Shown here piece after piece: positions 36,679-50,804 of a stretch of DNA of 64,000 nucleotides (its first letter is position 1; each line of letters starts with the position of its first letter). Position numbers and translations under genes: made by a program. The DNA lies in contig CM082589.2 in assembly GCA_040954595.2 (NCBI GenBank), forward strand, positions 12,040,894 to 12,104,893. The letters are read 5' to 3'. The notes under the pieces are model-generated. The model did not search any database. It worked only from the letters and a program-made list of their open reading frames with translations, and had not been told where the DNA came from. This DNA is from Balanoglossus misakiensis. Its lineage: Eukaryota > Animalia > Hemichordata.

Positions 36679-39600
36679 AGGGTTTCGAGACCCTCTGGTC
36701 TCGAAACCCTCTTGAAATCGTGTTGTTTTTAGGGCCCAAGCGCGCAGCAGCGCTTGGGCCCTATTGGTTTCGTTGGAATTTTTTAGGGCCCAAGCGCAAG
36801 CCAGCGCTTGGGCCCTATTGGTTTCGTTGGGGTTTTTAGGGCCCAAGCGCACGCAAGCGCTTGGGCCCTATTGGTTTCGTTGGAATTTTTCTTTCTTGCT
36901 TGCTTTCTTTCTTTCTTTCTTTCTTTCTTTATTCTTGTGTCAATTCTTCGGCCAACTAAATCTCAGAAACTACTGCAGGTACACTGCTCAAACTTGCCAC
37001 AGTGGTCAAGGTCAATGAGTAGATGTGCAGTGATTTGTGAATAATTAATTAGTCACGTGACCTGGCGGCCATATTGGATTTTCTGAAAAATTGCAAATCT
37101 CAGATCTCAGAAACTACAAGTCAGATCGACTTCAAATTTGGTGTGCAGGTAGACTACCTTCTACCCATCATTTTTGTAATTGGATATTTTGCTGTCAATG
37201 TTGCAGTTTTTTTGCTACAATTTTTTTTCTGAAATCTGGCTTAAATTTCAAAAATCTTCTTCTCCAGAACCGGTGATAACCGAGACACGGGGTTTGGGGT
37301 ATGTGGTCACCTGACTGATGTCTATCAAGTTTGCGAAGATCATTGTGATTGGTCGAAGATTATGGCGGCCATATTGGATTTTCGAAAAAGCATAGTTAAA
37401 CTCAAAAAATCTTCTTCTCCAGAACAGGCGATGACTGAGTCGCAAGATTCGGGGAGTATGGTCACTACACTGATGTCTATCAAGTTTGCAAAGAGCATCG
37501 TGATTGGTCGAAGATTATGGCGGCCATATTGGATTTTGAAAAAAGCAGTAAAAAATTGAAATTCCTTTTTCTAGTCTAAAAATTGATAGCATACAAATTC
37601 TTTTTATGGATATCAATCGTCATGTGACTAAAATATGTTACAATTTTTTGGCGATTTTTCACATGACCTTTGACCTACTTATCACGCGTTATTATTTCTG
37701 CATATCTAATTCCAGGCTAACCTATAGGGCTAGACGTTTGGTTTTTGATGAATGTGGATTAGTGTGTGATCAAAATATTTTGCTACTTATCATGACCCCT
37801 TTGACCTCTGCTGACCTCATTAATTATGTGCATAGCTAATTACAGGCGAACCGATAGAGCTAGAGGTTTGGTTTTTGTTGGACATGGACCAGTATGGGAT
37901 CAAAATTTTTTGCCCAAATGTTGGGTGACCTCTGGCGACCTTTGACCTACTTTCGCATATCTCAGCATCCAGAGCAGATACAGCCATGGCATTTGGTACG
38001 ATGGGACCAAAATGTAAAGCCACATTTTTGGGTCACCTGTGACACCTGCTGACCTCATTAAATATGCACATACCTAATTACAGGCGAACCAATAGAGCTA
38101 TAGTTTTGGTTTTTGTTGGACATGGACCAGTATGGGTAAAAAAAATTTGCCCAAATGTTAGGTGACCTCAGGTGACCTTTGACCTACTTCACCCTATTTC
38201 AGCAGCAAACATACACACGTCCTTGTTTTGTCATGAGATAATACATCCGATAGAAAATTCTGTTTCTTCTCATTCATACTGTGCATATATAATTCGAGAT
38301 CAGCGCTTGGGCCCGACAATGCTGCTCGCAGCTTTAATTCTTTCTTCTTTCTTTCTTTATTCTTGTGTCAATTCTTTGTCGCTCTAGATCTCAGACACCA
38401 CTGCAGGTACACTTCTGAAACTTGCTACAGTGGTCAAGGTCAATGAGTAGTCGTGCATTGAACTCTTGAATTTTTAATTAGTCACGTGACATGGTGGCCA
38501 TATTGGATTTTCTGAAAAAATGCAAATCTCAGATCTCAGAAACTACAAGTCAGATTTACTTCAGATTTGGTGTGCTGGTAGTGTACCTTCTGCCCATCAT
38601 TTTTGTAATTGGATATTTTGCTGTCAATGTTGCAGTTTTTTTGCTACAGTTGTTTTTCTGAAATCTGGCTTAAATTTCAAAAATCTTCTTCTCCAGAACC
38701 GGCGATAACCGAGTCACGCGGTTTGGGGTATGTGGTCACCAAGCTGAGGTCTATCAAGTTTGCGAAGATCATTGTGATTGGTCGAAGATTATGGCGGCCA
38801 TATTGGATTTTAAAAAAACCCTAGTAAAATTTCAAAAATCTTCTTCTCAAGAACCGGCGATAACTGAGTCACAAGATTTGGTGTGTTTGGTCATTAAACA
38901 CATGTCTATCAAGTTTGCGAAGAGGAATGTGATTGGTCGAAGATTATGGCGGCCATACTGGATTTTGTGAAAAACGATTAAAAAGTAAAAATTCCCTTTC
39001 TAGCCTAAAAATTGATAGCACAAAAATTCTTTTTACGGATATGAATCATCATATGCCAAGAATAAGCTATAAATATTTTGGTAATTTTGGCAATGACCTT
39101 TGACCTACTTTTGACACATCGTTTTTTCTGCATATCTAATTCCAGGCTAACCTATAGGGCTATCATTTTGGTTTTTGATGTATGTGGATTTGTATGTGAT
39201 CAAAAAATTTCGCTACTTTTCATGACCCCTTTGACCTCTGCTGACCTCATTAAATATGCACATACCTAATTACAGATGAACCAATAGACCTAGAGGTTTG
39301 GTTTTTGTTGGACATGGACCAGTATTGGGTCAAAATTTGTTGCCCAAATGTTGGGTGACCTCGGGTGACCTTTGACCTACTTTTGCATATCTCGACATCC
39401 ACAGCAGATACAGCCTTGGCGTTTGGAGGTATGGGGCCATAATGAAAAGCCAAAGTTTTGGGTCATCTGTGACACCTGCTTAACTCATTATTTATGTGCA
39501 TACCTAATTCCAGGCTAACCAAAAGGGCTAGAGGTCTGGTTTTTGTTGGACATGGACCACTATTGGTCAAAATTTTCTGCCCAAATTTTGGGTGACCTCA

Positions 39601-42600
39601 GATGACCTTTGACCTACTTTTGCATATCTCGGCATCCAAAGCAGGTACAGCCTTGGCATTTGGAGATATGGGGCCATAATGAAAAGCCAAAGTTTTGGGT
39701 CACCAGTGACACCTGCTTAACTCATCATTTATGTGCATACCTAATTCCGGGCTAACCAAAAGGGCTAGAGGTCTGTTTTTGTTGGACATGGACCACTATG
39801 GGTAAAATTTTCTGCCCAAATTGTGGGTGACCTCTGGGAGACCTTTGACCTACGTAACACTATATCAGCACCAAACATACATATAACCTTGATATTTCAT
39901 GGGATAAAACACAGCATTATGTTTCTACTCATTAATTATGTGCATATCTAATAATCAGATCAGATAATAGAGCTTGGGCCCGGACAGTGCTGCTTGCAGC
40001 TTTAATCTTTCTTTCTTTCTTTCTTTCTTTATTCTCCTGTCAATTCTTCGGCCAATGAGATCTCTGAAACTACTGCAGGTACACTGCTCAAACTTGCTAC
40101 AGTGGTCAAGGTCAATGAGTAGATGTGCAGTGACTTGTGAATACTTAATTAGTCACGTGACCTGGCGGCCATATTGGATTTTCTGAAAAAAATCAAATCT
40201 CAGATCTCAGAAACTACAAGTCAGATCGACTTCAAATTTGGCATGCAGGTAGACTACCTTTTACCCATCATTTTTGTAATTGGAAATTTTGCTGTCAATG
40301 TTGCAGTTTTTTTGCTACAATTTTTTTTCTGAAATCTGGCTTAAATTTCAAAAATCTTCTTCTCCAGAACCGGTGATAACCGAGACACGGGGTTTGGGGT
40401 ATGTGGTCACCTAACTGATGTCTATCAAGTTTGCGAAGATCATTGTGATTGGTCGGAGATTATGGCGGCCATATTGGATTTTCGAAAAACCATAGTTAAA
40501 CTCCAAAAATCTTCTTCTCCAGAACGGGCGATAACTGAGTCGCAAGATTTGGGGAGTATGGTCACTATACTGATGTCTATCAAGTTTGCAAAGAGCATTG
40601 TGATTGGTCGAAGATTATGGCGGCCATATTGGATTTTGTAAAAAGCAGTGAAAAATTAAAATTCCTTTTTCTAGCGTAAAAATTGATAGCATACAAATTC
40701 TTTTTATGGATATCAATCGTCATATGACTACAATATGTTACAAATTTTTGGCGATTTTTCACATGACCTTTGACCTACTTTTCACACATTATTATTTCTG
40801 CATATCTAATTCCAGGCTAACCTAAAGGGCTAGACGTTTGGTTTTTGATGCATGTGGATTAGTGTGTGATCAAAAAAATTTGCTACTTTTCATGACCCCT
40901 TTGACCTCTGCTGACCTCATAAGTTATGTGCATAGCTAATTACAGGCGAACCAATAGAGCTAGAGGTTTGGTTTTTGTTGAACATGGACCAGTATGGGGT
41001 CAAAATTTTTTGCCCAAATGTTGGGTGACCTCTGGTGACCTTTGACCTACTTTCGCATATCTCAGCATCCAGAGCAGATACAGCCTTGGCATTTGGCAGG
41101 ATGGGAGCTAAATGTAAAGCCAAATTTTTGGGTCACCTGTGACACCTACTGACCTCATTTAATATGCACATACCTAATTACAGGTGAACCAATAGAGCTA
41201 GAGTTTTGGTTTTTGTTGGACATGGACCAGTATGGGTAAAAAAAATTGGCCAAATGTAGGGTGACCTCAGGTGACCTTTGACCTACTTCACCCTATTTCA
41301 GCAGCAAAAATACACACATCCCTGTTATGTCATGAGATAATACATCCGATATTAAAATCTGTTTCTTCTCATTCATACTGTGCATATATAATTCAAGATC
41401 AGCGCTTGGGCCCGACAATGCTGCTCGCAGCTTTAATTAGGGCACAAGCCAAGCAGGCTTGTGCCCTATTGGTATTACTGGGGTTTTTCATCTTTTTTTT
41501 TTTCTTGTGTAGTTTTTTTGCTCAGGTAGATCTTGAAAACGGCTGAACCTACAAATCTCAAACTTGGCACAATGGTGCAGGCCTATGAGAGCTGGTGCAG
41601 TATCCCTGTGAATGTTTAATTAGTCATGTGACCTGATAACCATATATGGGCAAAGTTTTCAAATGGGCCTAATTTGCATATGAATGGAGATATCGAAATT
41701 CTTTTAGCAACTTTTGTGGACCATGTGATCAGTGTCCTACATGCCAAATATCAAGGCCGTGGGCCAAGTCTATTTTGAGAAGAAGACTTGTAAATATTAG
41801 TAGTTTTTCATATTTTTGGACCCAGCCATGGGCCTATACTTTCTATAGTTAAGCTATGACGCCATGTACACGTCTGTGCAATGGTCCTGTACAGTGACTG
41901 TCTAATGGCCCGTGAGCAGAATGGGACCACATTAAAAGGCAAAATTTCGGGCTCACCTGTAACACCTGCTAAACTCATTAATTATGTGCATACATAATTG
42001 TGGGCTAACTAATAGGGCTAGAGGTTTCGTTCTTTTTGGTCATGGACCAGTATGGGGTTAAAAAAATTTGCCCAAATTCTGGGTGACCTCAGGTGACCTT
42101 TGACCTACTGTCCTATATCTCCGCTTCCAGAGCAGGTACAGACTTGGCGTTTGGAGGGTTGGGACTATAATTGAAAAGCAAAAATTGGGGGTCACCTGTG
42201 ACACCTGCTTATCTCATTAATTATGTGCATACCTAATTCCAGGCTAACCAATAGGGTTAGAGGTTTGATTTTTGTTGAACATGGACCAGTATAGGGTCAA
42301 AATTTCTTGCCCAAATTTTGCATGACCTCAGATGACCTTTGACCTAATTTACCATATCTTGGCATCCAGAACAGGTACAGCATTTGTGTTTGGATGGATC
42401 GAACTATTAATGGAGTCTTACACTTTACATCATTAATTGTGTGCATATCTAATTTCAGACAAACCAATAGGGCTAGAGGCCAGGTTTCTGTTGGACCTGG
42501 ACTAGTATGGGGGTCAAAACTTTTTGCCCAAATTTTGGGTGACCACATATGACCTTTGACCTTCGGCTTAAGCTTGTGCCCGTCATCGCTGCTTGCAGCT

Positions 42601-43104
42601 ATATTTTATTATTATTCTTCTTCTTCCCACTCTTAAAAACAGCCGCTATTCGAAGACCGTTGCACCCAATGACTTGAAATTTGGCTCATAGGTAAAACTC
42701 AAAGCAAGTAATTTTCTGATCATGTAACTATGGCAACAGGTCACATGACCTGGCAGCCATCTTGGATTGAAAGTTTAAAATTGATCTCATTTGCATAAAC
42801 AATGACGAATCAAAATTCTTTGAACAAACTTTGTGGACCATATGGCCAGGGTCCTATATGCAAAATTTCAATGTTCAAGTCTTTGCCGATTTTGAGGAGA
42901 TGATTTTTAAAGCATTATTTTTCATATTTTTCAAGACCATTGGACCCAGCCTTAGGCCTATACTTTCCATAGTTAAGCTATGGCCACCTAGGATCTTAGA
43001 TTTATGCCCAATATCTCAACATCCGCTGGGCTGATCAGCTTCAAATTTATTGTGCAGCTAGCCTACCTTCCAACAATCAGTTCCAACTGGAAAAAATAAT
43101 ATGA
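36679..43104 (+). mobile_element. Nested non-autonomous Helentron cluster, left block
   Basis: Hairpins at 36679, 36731, 36785 and 36838; bodies ending GCTTGGGCCC..GCTGC-nn-GCAGC-T-tract at ~38338, ~40006 and ~41437; complete GGGCAC element 41438-42606; unrelated body 42607-43104. Confidence 0.85.
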
Positions 43105-46100
43105 AATATAGCTGCAAGCAGCAAAAGCGGGCCCAAGCCAACATAGCACATGGCAACATAGCAATAAGCATATCTGCTCTTGATATGGTAAAGTAGGTCA
43201 AAGGTCAACTGAGGTCATGTTATATTTGGGCAAGAAATTTTTACCCTATACTGGTCCATGTTCAACAAAAACCAAAACTATAGCCCTATTGGTTAGCCTG
43301 GAATTAGGTATGCACATAATTAATGAGATATGCAGGTGTCACAGGTGACCCCCAATTTTGGCTTTTCACTTTAAGTCCCGACCCTCCAAACGCCAAGTTT
43401 GTACCTGCTCTTGATGCCAAGATATGGTAAAGTAGGTCAAAGGTCACCTGAGGTCATGCAAAGTTTGGGCAAAATTTTTTTGACCCTATACTGGCCCATG
43501 TTCAACAAAAACCAAACCAATAGCCCTATTGGTTAGCCTGAAATAAGGTATGCGCATAATTAATGAGATATGCAGGTGTCACAGGTGACCCCCAATTTTG
43601 GCTTTTCAATTTTAGTCCCAACCCTCCAAACGCCAATTCTGTACCTGCTCTGGATGCCAAGATATGGTAAAGTAGGTCAAAGGTCACTTGAGGTCATGCA
43701 ACATTTGGGCAAGAAATTTTGACCCTATACTGTTCCATGTTCAACAAAAACCAAACCTATAGCCCTATTTGTTAGCCTGGAATTAGGTATGCGCATAATT
43801 AATGAGATATGCAGGTGTCACAGGTGACCCCTATTTTGGCTTTTCAGTTTTAGTCCAACCCTCCAAACGCCAAGTCTGTACCTGCTCTGGATGCCGAGAT
43901 ATAGGAAAGTAGGTCAAAGGTCACCTGAGGTCACCCAAAATTTGGGCAAGAAATTTTGACCCTATACTGGTCCATGTCCAACAAGAACGAAACCTCTAGC
44001 CCTCTTAGTTAGCCCAGAATTAGGTATGCACATAATTAATGAGTTAAGCAGGTGTTACAGGTGAGCCTAAAATTGTGCCTTTTATTTTGGTGCCATTGTG
44101 CTCACTGACCAATAGACAGTCACTGTACAGGACAGACCAGAATTCCAAAATAAGACATGGACATAGCTTAACCATAGAGGTATAAGTAAAGGTATAAATT
44201 TAATAAAAAAATTAATATAAAAATATAGCTGCAAGCAGCAATGGCGGGCCCAAGCCAACATAGCACATAGCAACATAGCAATAAGCATATCTGCTCTGGA
44301 TGCCAAGATATGGAAAAGAAGGTCAAAGGTCACCTGAGGTCATGCAAAATTTGGGCGAGAAATTTTGACCCTATACTGGTCCATGTTCATCAAAAACCAA
44401 ACCTATAGCCCTATTGGTTAGCCTGGAATTAGGTATGCACATAATAAATGAGGTAGGCAGGTGTCACAGGTGACCCCCAATTTTGCCTTTTAAATTTTAA
44501 TCCCAACCCTCCAAACACCAAGTCTGTACCTGCTCTGGATGCCAAGATATGGTAAAGTAGGTCAAAGGTCACCTGAGGTCATAAAAAATTTGGGCAAGAA
44601 ATTTTGACCCTATACTAGTCCATGTTCAACAAAAACCAAACCGATAGCCCTACTGGTTAGCCTGGAATTAGGTATGCACATAATTAATGAGATATGCAGG
44701 TGTCACAGGTGACCCCCATTTTGGCTTTTCAATTTTAGTCCCAACCCTCCAAACACCAAGTCTGTACCTGCTCTCAATGCCGAGATATAGGAAAGTAGGT
44801 CAAAGGTCACCTGAGGTCACCCAAAATTTGGGCAAAACATTTTGACCCTATACTGATCCATGTTCAACAAAAACAAACCTCTAGCCCTATTGGTTAGCGT
44901 GGAATTAGGTATGCACATAATAAATGAGTTAAGCAGGTGTCACAGGTGACCCCCAATTTTGGCTTTTCAATTTAGTCCCAACCCTCCAACGCCACGGCTG
45001 TACCTGCTCTGGATGCCGAGATATAGGAAAGTAGGTCAAAGGCCACCTCAGGTCACCAAAATTTGGGCAAGAAATGTTGACCCCATACTGGTCCATGTTC
45101 AACAAAAATCAAACCTCTAGCCCTATTGGCAAGCCTAGAATTAGGTATGCACATAATTAATGAGGTAAAGTGTAAGACTCCATTAGGAGTTCCATCCCTC
45201 CAAATACCAAGGCTGTACCTGCTGGGGATACCGAGATGTGGTAAAGTAGGTCAAAGGTCACCTGAGGTTACCCAAAATTTTGGCAGTAAATTTTGACCCT
45301 ATACTAATCCCGGCCCAACAAAAACCAGACCTCTGGCCTTATTGGTTCACCTATAATTAGGTATGTGCATATTTAATGACGTAAAGTGTAAGGCTCCATT
45401 AGGAGTTCCGTCCCTCCAAATGCCAAGTCTGTACCTGCTCTGGAAGCCGAGATATAGGAAAGTATGTCAAAGGTCACCTGAGGTCACCCAAAATTTGGGT
45501 AAGAAATTTTGACCCCATACTTGTCCATGTTCAACAAAAATCTAACCTCTAGCCCTATTGGTTAGCCTGGAATTAGGTATGCACATAATTAATGAGATAA
45601 GCAGGTGTCACAGGTGACCTCCAAGTTTGGCTTTTCAATTTTAGTCCCAACCCTCCAAACGCCAAGTCTGTACCTGCTGTGGATGCCAAGATACAGGAAA
45701 GTAGGTCAAAGGTCACCTGAGGTCACCCCAAATTTTGGCAGGAATGTTTAACCCTATACTGGTCCATGTCCCACAAGAACGAAACCTCTAGCCCTCTTAG
45801 TTAGCCCAGAATTAGGTATGCACATAATTAATGAGTTAAGCAGGTGTTACAGGTGAGCCTAAAATTGTGCCTTTTATTTTGGTGCCATTGTGCTCACTGA
45901 CCAATAGACAGTCACTGTACAGGACTATTGCACAGACCAGAATTCCACAATAAGACATGGACATAGAGGTATAAGTAAAGGTATAAATTTATTAAAAAAA
46001 TTAATATAAAAAAATCCGTCGATTTTTCATATTATTTTTTTTCGCTTAAAATTATTGACAAATGCTAGTCTAGCTGCACACCAAAGTTGGAGATGATTGG

Positions 46101-49100
46101 CCTAACAAATTTTGAGATATGTATGCATATTTATCCAAAATAATATGTGGTCATAGCTTTACTATGGAAAGTATAGGCCCATGGCTTGGTAAAAAAATAT
46201 GAAAAATAATACTTAAAAATCTTCTTCTCAAAATTGGCATGGCCAATGGCCTTGACATTTGGCAAGTAGGACAAAGACCACATGGTCCGCAAAAGTTGCT
46301 AAAAGAATTTTGATATCTCCATTCATATGCAAATAAGGCCGATTTGGAAATTTTGCCCATATATGGTCATCAGGTCACGTGACTAATTAAACATTCACAA
46401 GGGTACTGCACTAGCTCTCATTGGCCTGCACCATTGTGCCAAGTTTGAAATTGGTAGGTTTAGCAGTTTTCCAGATCTACCTCGCCAAAGAAAATGACAG
46501 AAGAAGAAAAAGAAGAAGAAGTAGAAGAAAAACCCCAGTAATACCAATAGGGCCCAAGCCTGCTGGGCTTGGGCCCTAAAAATCGGTCGATTTTCCATGG
46601 TATTTTTTTCGCTTAAAATTATTGACAGATGCTAGGCTAGCTGCACACCAAAGTTGGAGATGATTGGCCTAACAGATTTTGAGATATGTATGCATATTTA
46701 TCCAAAATAACATGTGGTCATAGCTTTACTATGGAAAGTATAGGCCCATGGCTTGGTAAAAAAATATGAAAAATAATACTTAAAAATCTTCTTCTCAAAA
46801 TGGACTTTGCCCATGGCCTTGACATTTGGCATGTAGGATAATGACCCCATGGTCCGCAAAAGTTGCTAAAAGAATTTTGATATCTCCATTCATAAGCAAA
46901 TAAGGCCGATTTGAAAATTTTGCCCATATATGGTCATCAGGTCATATGACTAATTAAACATTCACAAGGGTACAACTCATGCTCTCATAGGCCTGCACCA
47001 CTGTGCCAAGTTTGAAATTTGTAGGTTCAGCCGTTTTCAAGATCTACTTGACGAAAAAAACTACACAAGAAAAAGAAGAAGTAGAAGAAAAATCCTAGTA
47101 AAACCAATAGGGCCCAAGCCTGCTGGGCTTGGGCCCTAAAAAGCCAGTAATACCAATAGGGCACAAGCCTGCTTGGCTTGTGCCCTAAATATAGCTGCAA
47201 GCAGCAATAGCGGGCCCAAGCCAACATAGCACATAGCAACATAGCAATAAGCATATCTGCTCTGGATGCCAAGATACGGTAAAGTAGGTCAAAAGTCAAC
47301 TGAGGTCATGTTATATTTGGGCAAGAAATTTTGACCCTATACTGGTCCATGTTCAACAAAAACCAAACCTATTGCCCTATTGGTTAGCTTGCAATTAGGT
47401 ATGCACGTAATTAATGAGATATGCAGGTGTCACAGGTGACCCCCAATTTTGGCTTTTCAATTTTAGTCCTAACCCTCCAAACGCCAAGTTTGTACCTGCT
47501 CTTAATGCCAAGATATGGTAAAGTAGGTCAAAGGTCACCTGAGGTCATGCAAAATTTGGGCGAGAAATTTTGACCCTATACTGGTCCATGTTCATCAAAA
47601 ACCAAACCTATAGCCCTATTGGTTAGCCTGGAATTAGGTATGCACATAATTAATGAGATATGCAGGTGTCACAGGTGACCCCCAATTTTGGCTTTTCACT
47701 TTAAGTCCCGACCCTCCAAACGCCAAGTTTGTACCTGCTCTTGATGCCAAGATATGGTAAAGTAGGTCAAAGGTCACCTGAGGTCATGCAAAGTTTGGGC
47801 AAAATTTTTTTGACCCTATACTGGCCCATGTTCAACAAAAACCAAACCAATAGCCCTATTGGTTAGCCTGAAATAAGGTATGCGCATAATTAATGAGATA
47901 TGCAGGTGTCACAGGTGACCCCCAATTTTGGCTTTTCAATTTTAGTCCCAACCCTCCAAACGCCAATTCTGTACCTGCTCTGGATGCCAAGATATGGTAA
48001 AGTAGGTCAAAGGTCACTTGAGGTCATGCAACATTTGGGCAAGAAATTTTGACCCTATACTGTTCCATGTTCAACAAAAACCAAACCTATAGCCCTATTT
48101 GTTAGCCTGGAATTAGGTATGCGCATAATTAATGAGATATGCAGGTGTCACAGGTGACCCCTATTTTGGCTTTTCAGTTTTAGTCCAACCCTCCAAACGC
48201 CAAGTCTGTACCTGCTCTGGATGCCGAGATATAGGAAAGTAGGTCAAAGGTCACCTGAGGTCACCCAAAATTTGGGCAAGAAATTTTGACCCTATACTGG
48301 TCCATGTCCAACAAGAACGAAACCTCTAGCCCTCTTAGTTAGCCCAGAATTAGGTATGCACATAATTAATGAGTTAAGCAGGTGTTACAGGTGAGCCTAA
48401 AATTGTGCCTTTTATTTTGGTGCCATTGTGCTCACTGACCAATAGACAGTCACTGTACAGGACAGACCAGAATTCCAAAATAAGACATGGACATAGCTTA
48501 ACCATAGAGGTATAAGTAAAGGTATAAATTTAATAAAAAAATTAATATAAAAAAATCGGTCGATTTTCCATGGTATTTTTTTCGCTTAAAATTATTGACA
48601 GATGCTAGGCTAGCTGCACACCAAAGTTGGAGATGATTGGCCTAACAGATTTTGAGATATGTATGCATATTTATCCAAAATAACATGTGGTCATAGCTTT
48701 ACTATGGAAAGTATAGGCCCATGGCTTGGTAAAAAAATATGAAAAATAATACTTAAAAATCTTCTTCTCAAAATGGACTTTGCCCATGGCCTTGACATTT
48801 GGCATGTAGGATAATGACCCCATGGTCCGCAAAAGTTGCTAAAAGAATTTTGATATCTCCATTCATAAGCAAATAAGGCCGATTTGAAAATTTTGCCCAT
48901 ATATGGTCATCAGGTCATATGACTAATTAAACATTCACAAGGGTACAACTCATGCTCTCATAGGCCTGCACCACTGTGCCAAGTTTGAAATTTGTAGGTT
49001 CAGCCGTTTTCAAGATCTACTTGACGAAAAAAACTACACAAGAAAAAGAAGAAGTAGAAGAAAAATCCTAGTAAAACCAATAGGGCCCAAGCCTGCTGGG

Positions 49101-50772
49101 CTTGGGCCCTAAAAAGCCAGTAATACCAATAGGGCACAAGCCTGCTTGGCTTGTGCCCTAAATATAGCTGCAAGCAGCAATAGCGGGCCCAAGCCAACAT
49201 AGCACATAGCAACATAGCAATAAGCATATCTGCTCTGGATGCCAAGATACGGTAAAGTAGGTCAAAAGTCAACTGAGGTCATGTTATATTTGGGCAAGAA
49301 ATTTTGACCCTATACTGGTCCATGTTCAACAAAAACCAAACCTATTGCCCTATTGGTTAGCTTGCAATTAGGTATGCACGTAATTAATGAGATATGCAGG
49401 TGTCACAGGTGACCCCCAATTTTGGCTTTTCAATTTTAGTCCTAACCCTCCAAACGCCAAGTTTGTACCTGCTCTTAATGCCAAGATATGGTAAAGTAGG
49501 TCAAAGGTCACCTGAGGTCATGCAAAATTTGGGCAAGAATTTTTGACCCTATACTGGCCCATGTTCAACAAAAACCAAACCTATAGCCCTATTAGTTAGC
49601 CTGGAATTAGGTACGTGCATAATTAATGAGATATGCAGGTGTCACAGGTGACCCCCAATTTTGGCTTTTCAATTTTAGTCCTAACCCTCCAAACGCCAAG
49701 TTTGTACCTGCTCTTAATGCCAAGATATGGTAAAGTAGGTCAAAGGTCACCTGAGGTCATGCAAAATTTGGGCGAGAAATTTTGACCCTATACTGGTCCA
49801 TGTTCATCAAAAACCAAACCTATAGCCCTATTGGTTAGCCTGGAATTAGGTATGCACATAATTAATGAGATATGCAGGTGTCACAGGTGACCCCCATTTT
49901 GGCTTTTCCATTTTAGTCCCAACCCTCCAAATGCCAAGTTTGTACCTGCTCTGGATGCCGAGATAAAGGAAAGTAGGTCAAAGGTCACCTGAGGTCACCC
50001 AAAATTTGGGCAAGAAATTTTGACCCTATACTGGTCCATGTCCCACAAGAACGAAACCTCTAGCCCTCTTAGTTAGCCCAGAATTAGGTATGCACATAAT
50101 TAATGAGTTAAGCAGGTGTTACAGGTGAGCCTAAAATGTTGCCTTTTATTTTGGTGCCATTGTGCTCACTGACCAATAGACAGTCACTGCACAGACCAGA
50201 ATTCCACAATAAGACATGGACATAGCTTAACCATAGAGGTATAAGTAAAGGTATAAATTTAATAAAAAAATTAATATAAAAAAATCGGTCGATTTTTCAT
50301 ATTATTTTTTTTTGCTTAAAATTATTGACACATGCTAGGCTAGCTGCACACCAAAGTTGGAGATGATCGGCCTAACAGATTTTGAGATATGTATGAATAT
50401 TTATCCAAAATAATATGTGGTCATAGCTTTACTGTGTAAAGTATAGGCCCATGGCTTGGGCGAAAAATATGAAAAATAATACTTAAAAATCTTCTTCTCA
50501 AAATTGACATGGCCTATGGCCTTGACATTTGGCATGTAGAACCCTGGCGATATGGTCCACAAAGTATGTTAACAGAATTTTGATATGGCAATTCATATGC
50601 AAATTAGGCTAATTTGAAAATTTTGCCCATATATGGTCATCAGGTCACATGACTAATTACACATTCACAAGGGTACTGCACCAGCTCTCATAGGCCTGCA
50701 CCATTGTGCCAAATGTGAGATTTGTAGGGTCAGCCGTTTTCAAGATCTAGCTGGACAAAAAAACGACACAAG

Positions 50773-50804
<32 letters not shown>

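Noticed and set aside
36720-36890. CRISPR-like look of palindromic repeats with variable inserts (also 60260-60473)
   Set aside because: The variable parts are only 6-nt loops, there are no cas genes, the context is eukaryotic, and the units are Helentron termini.
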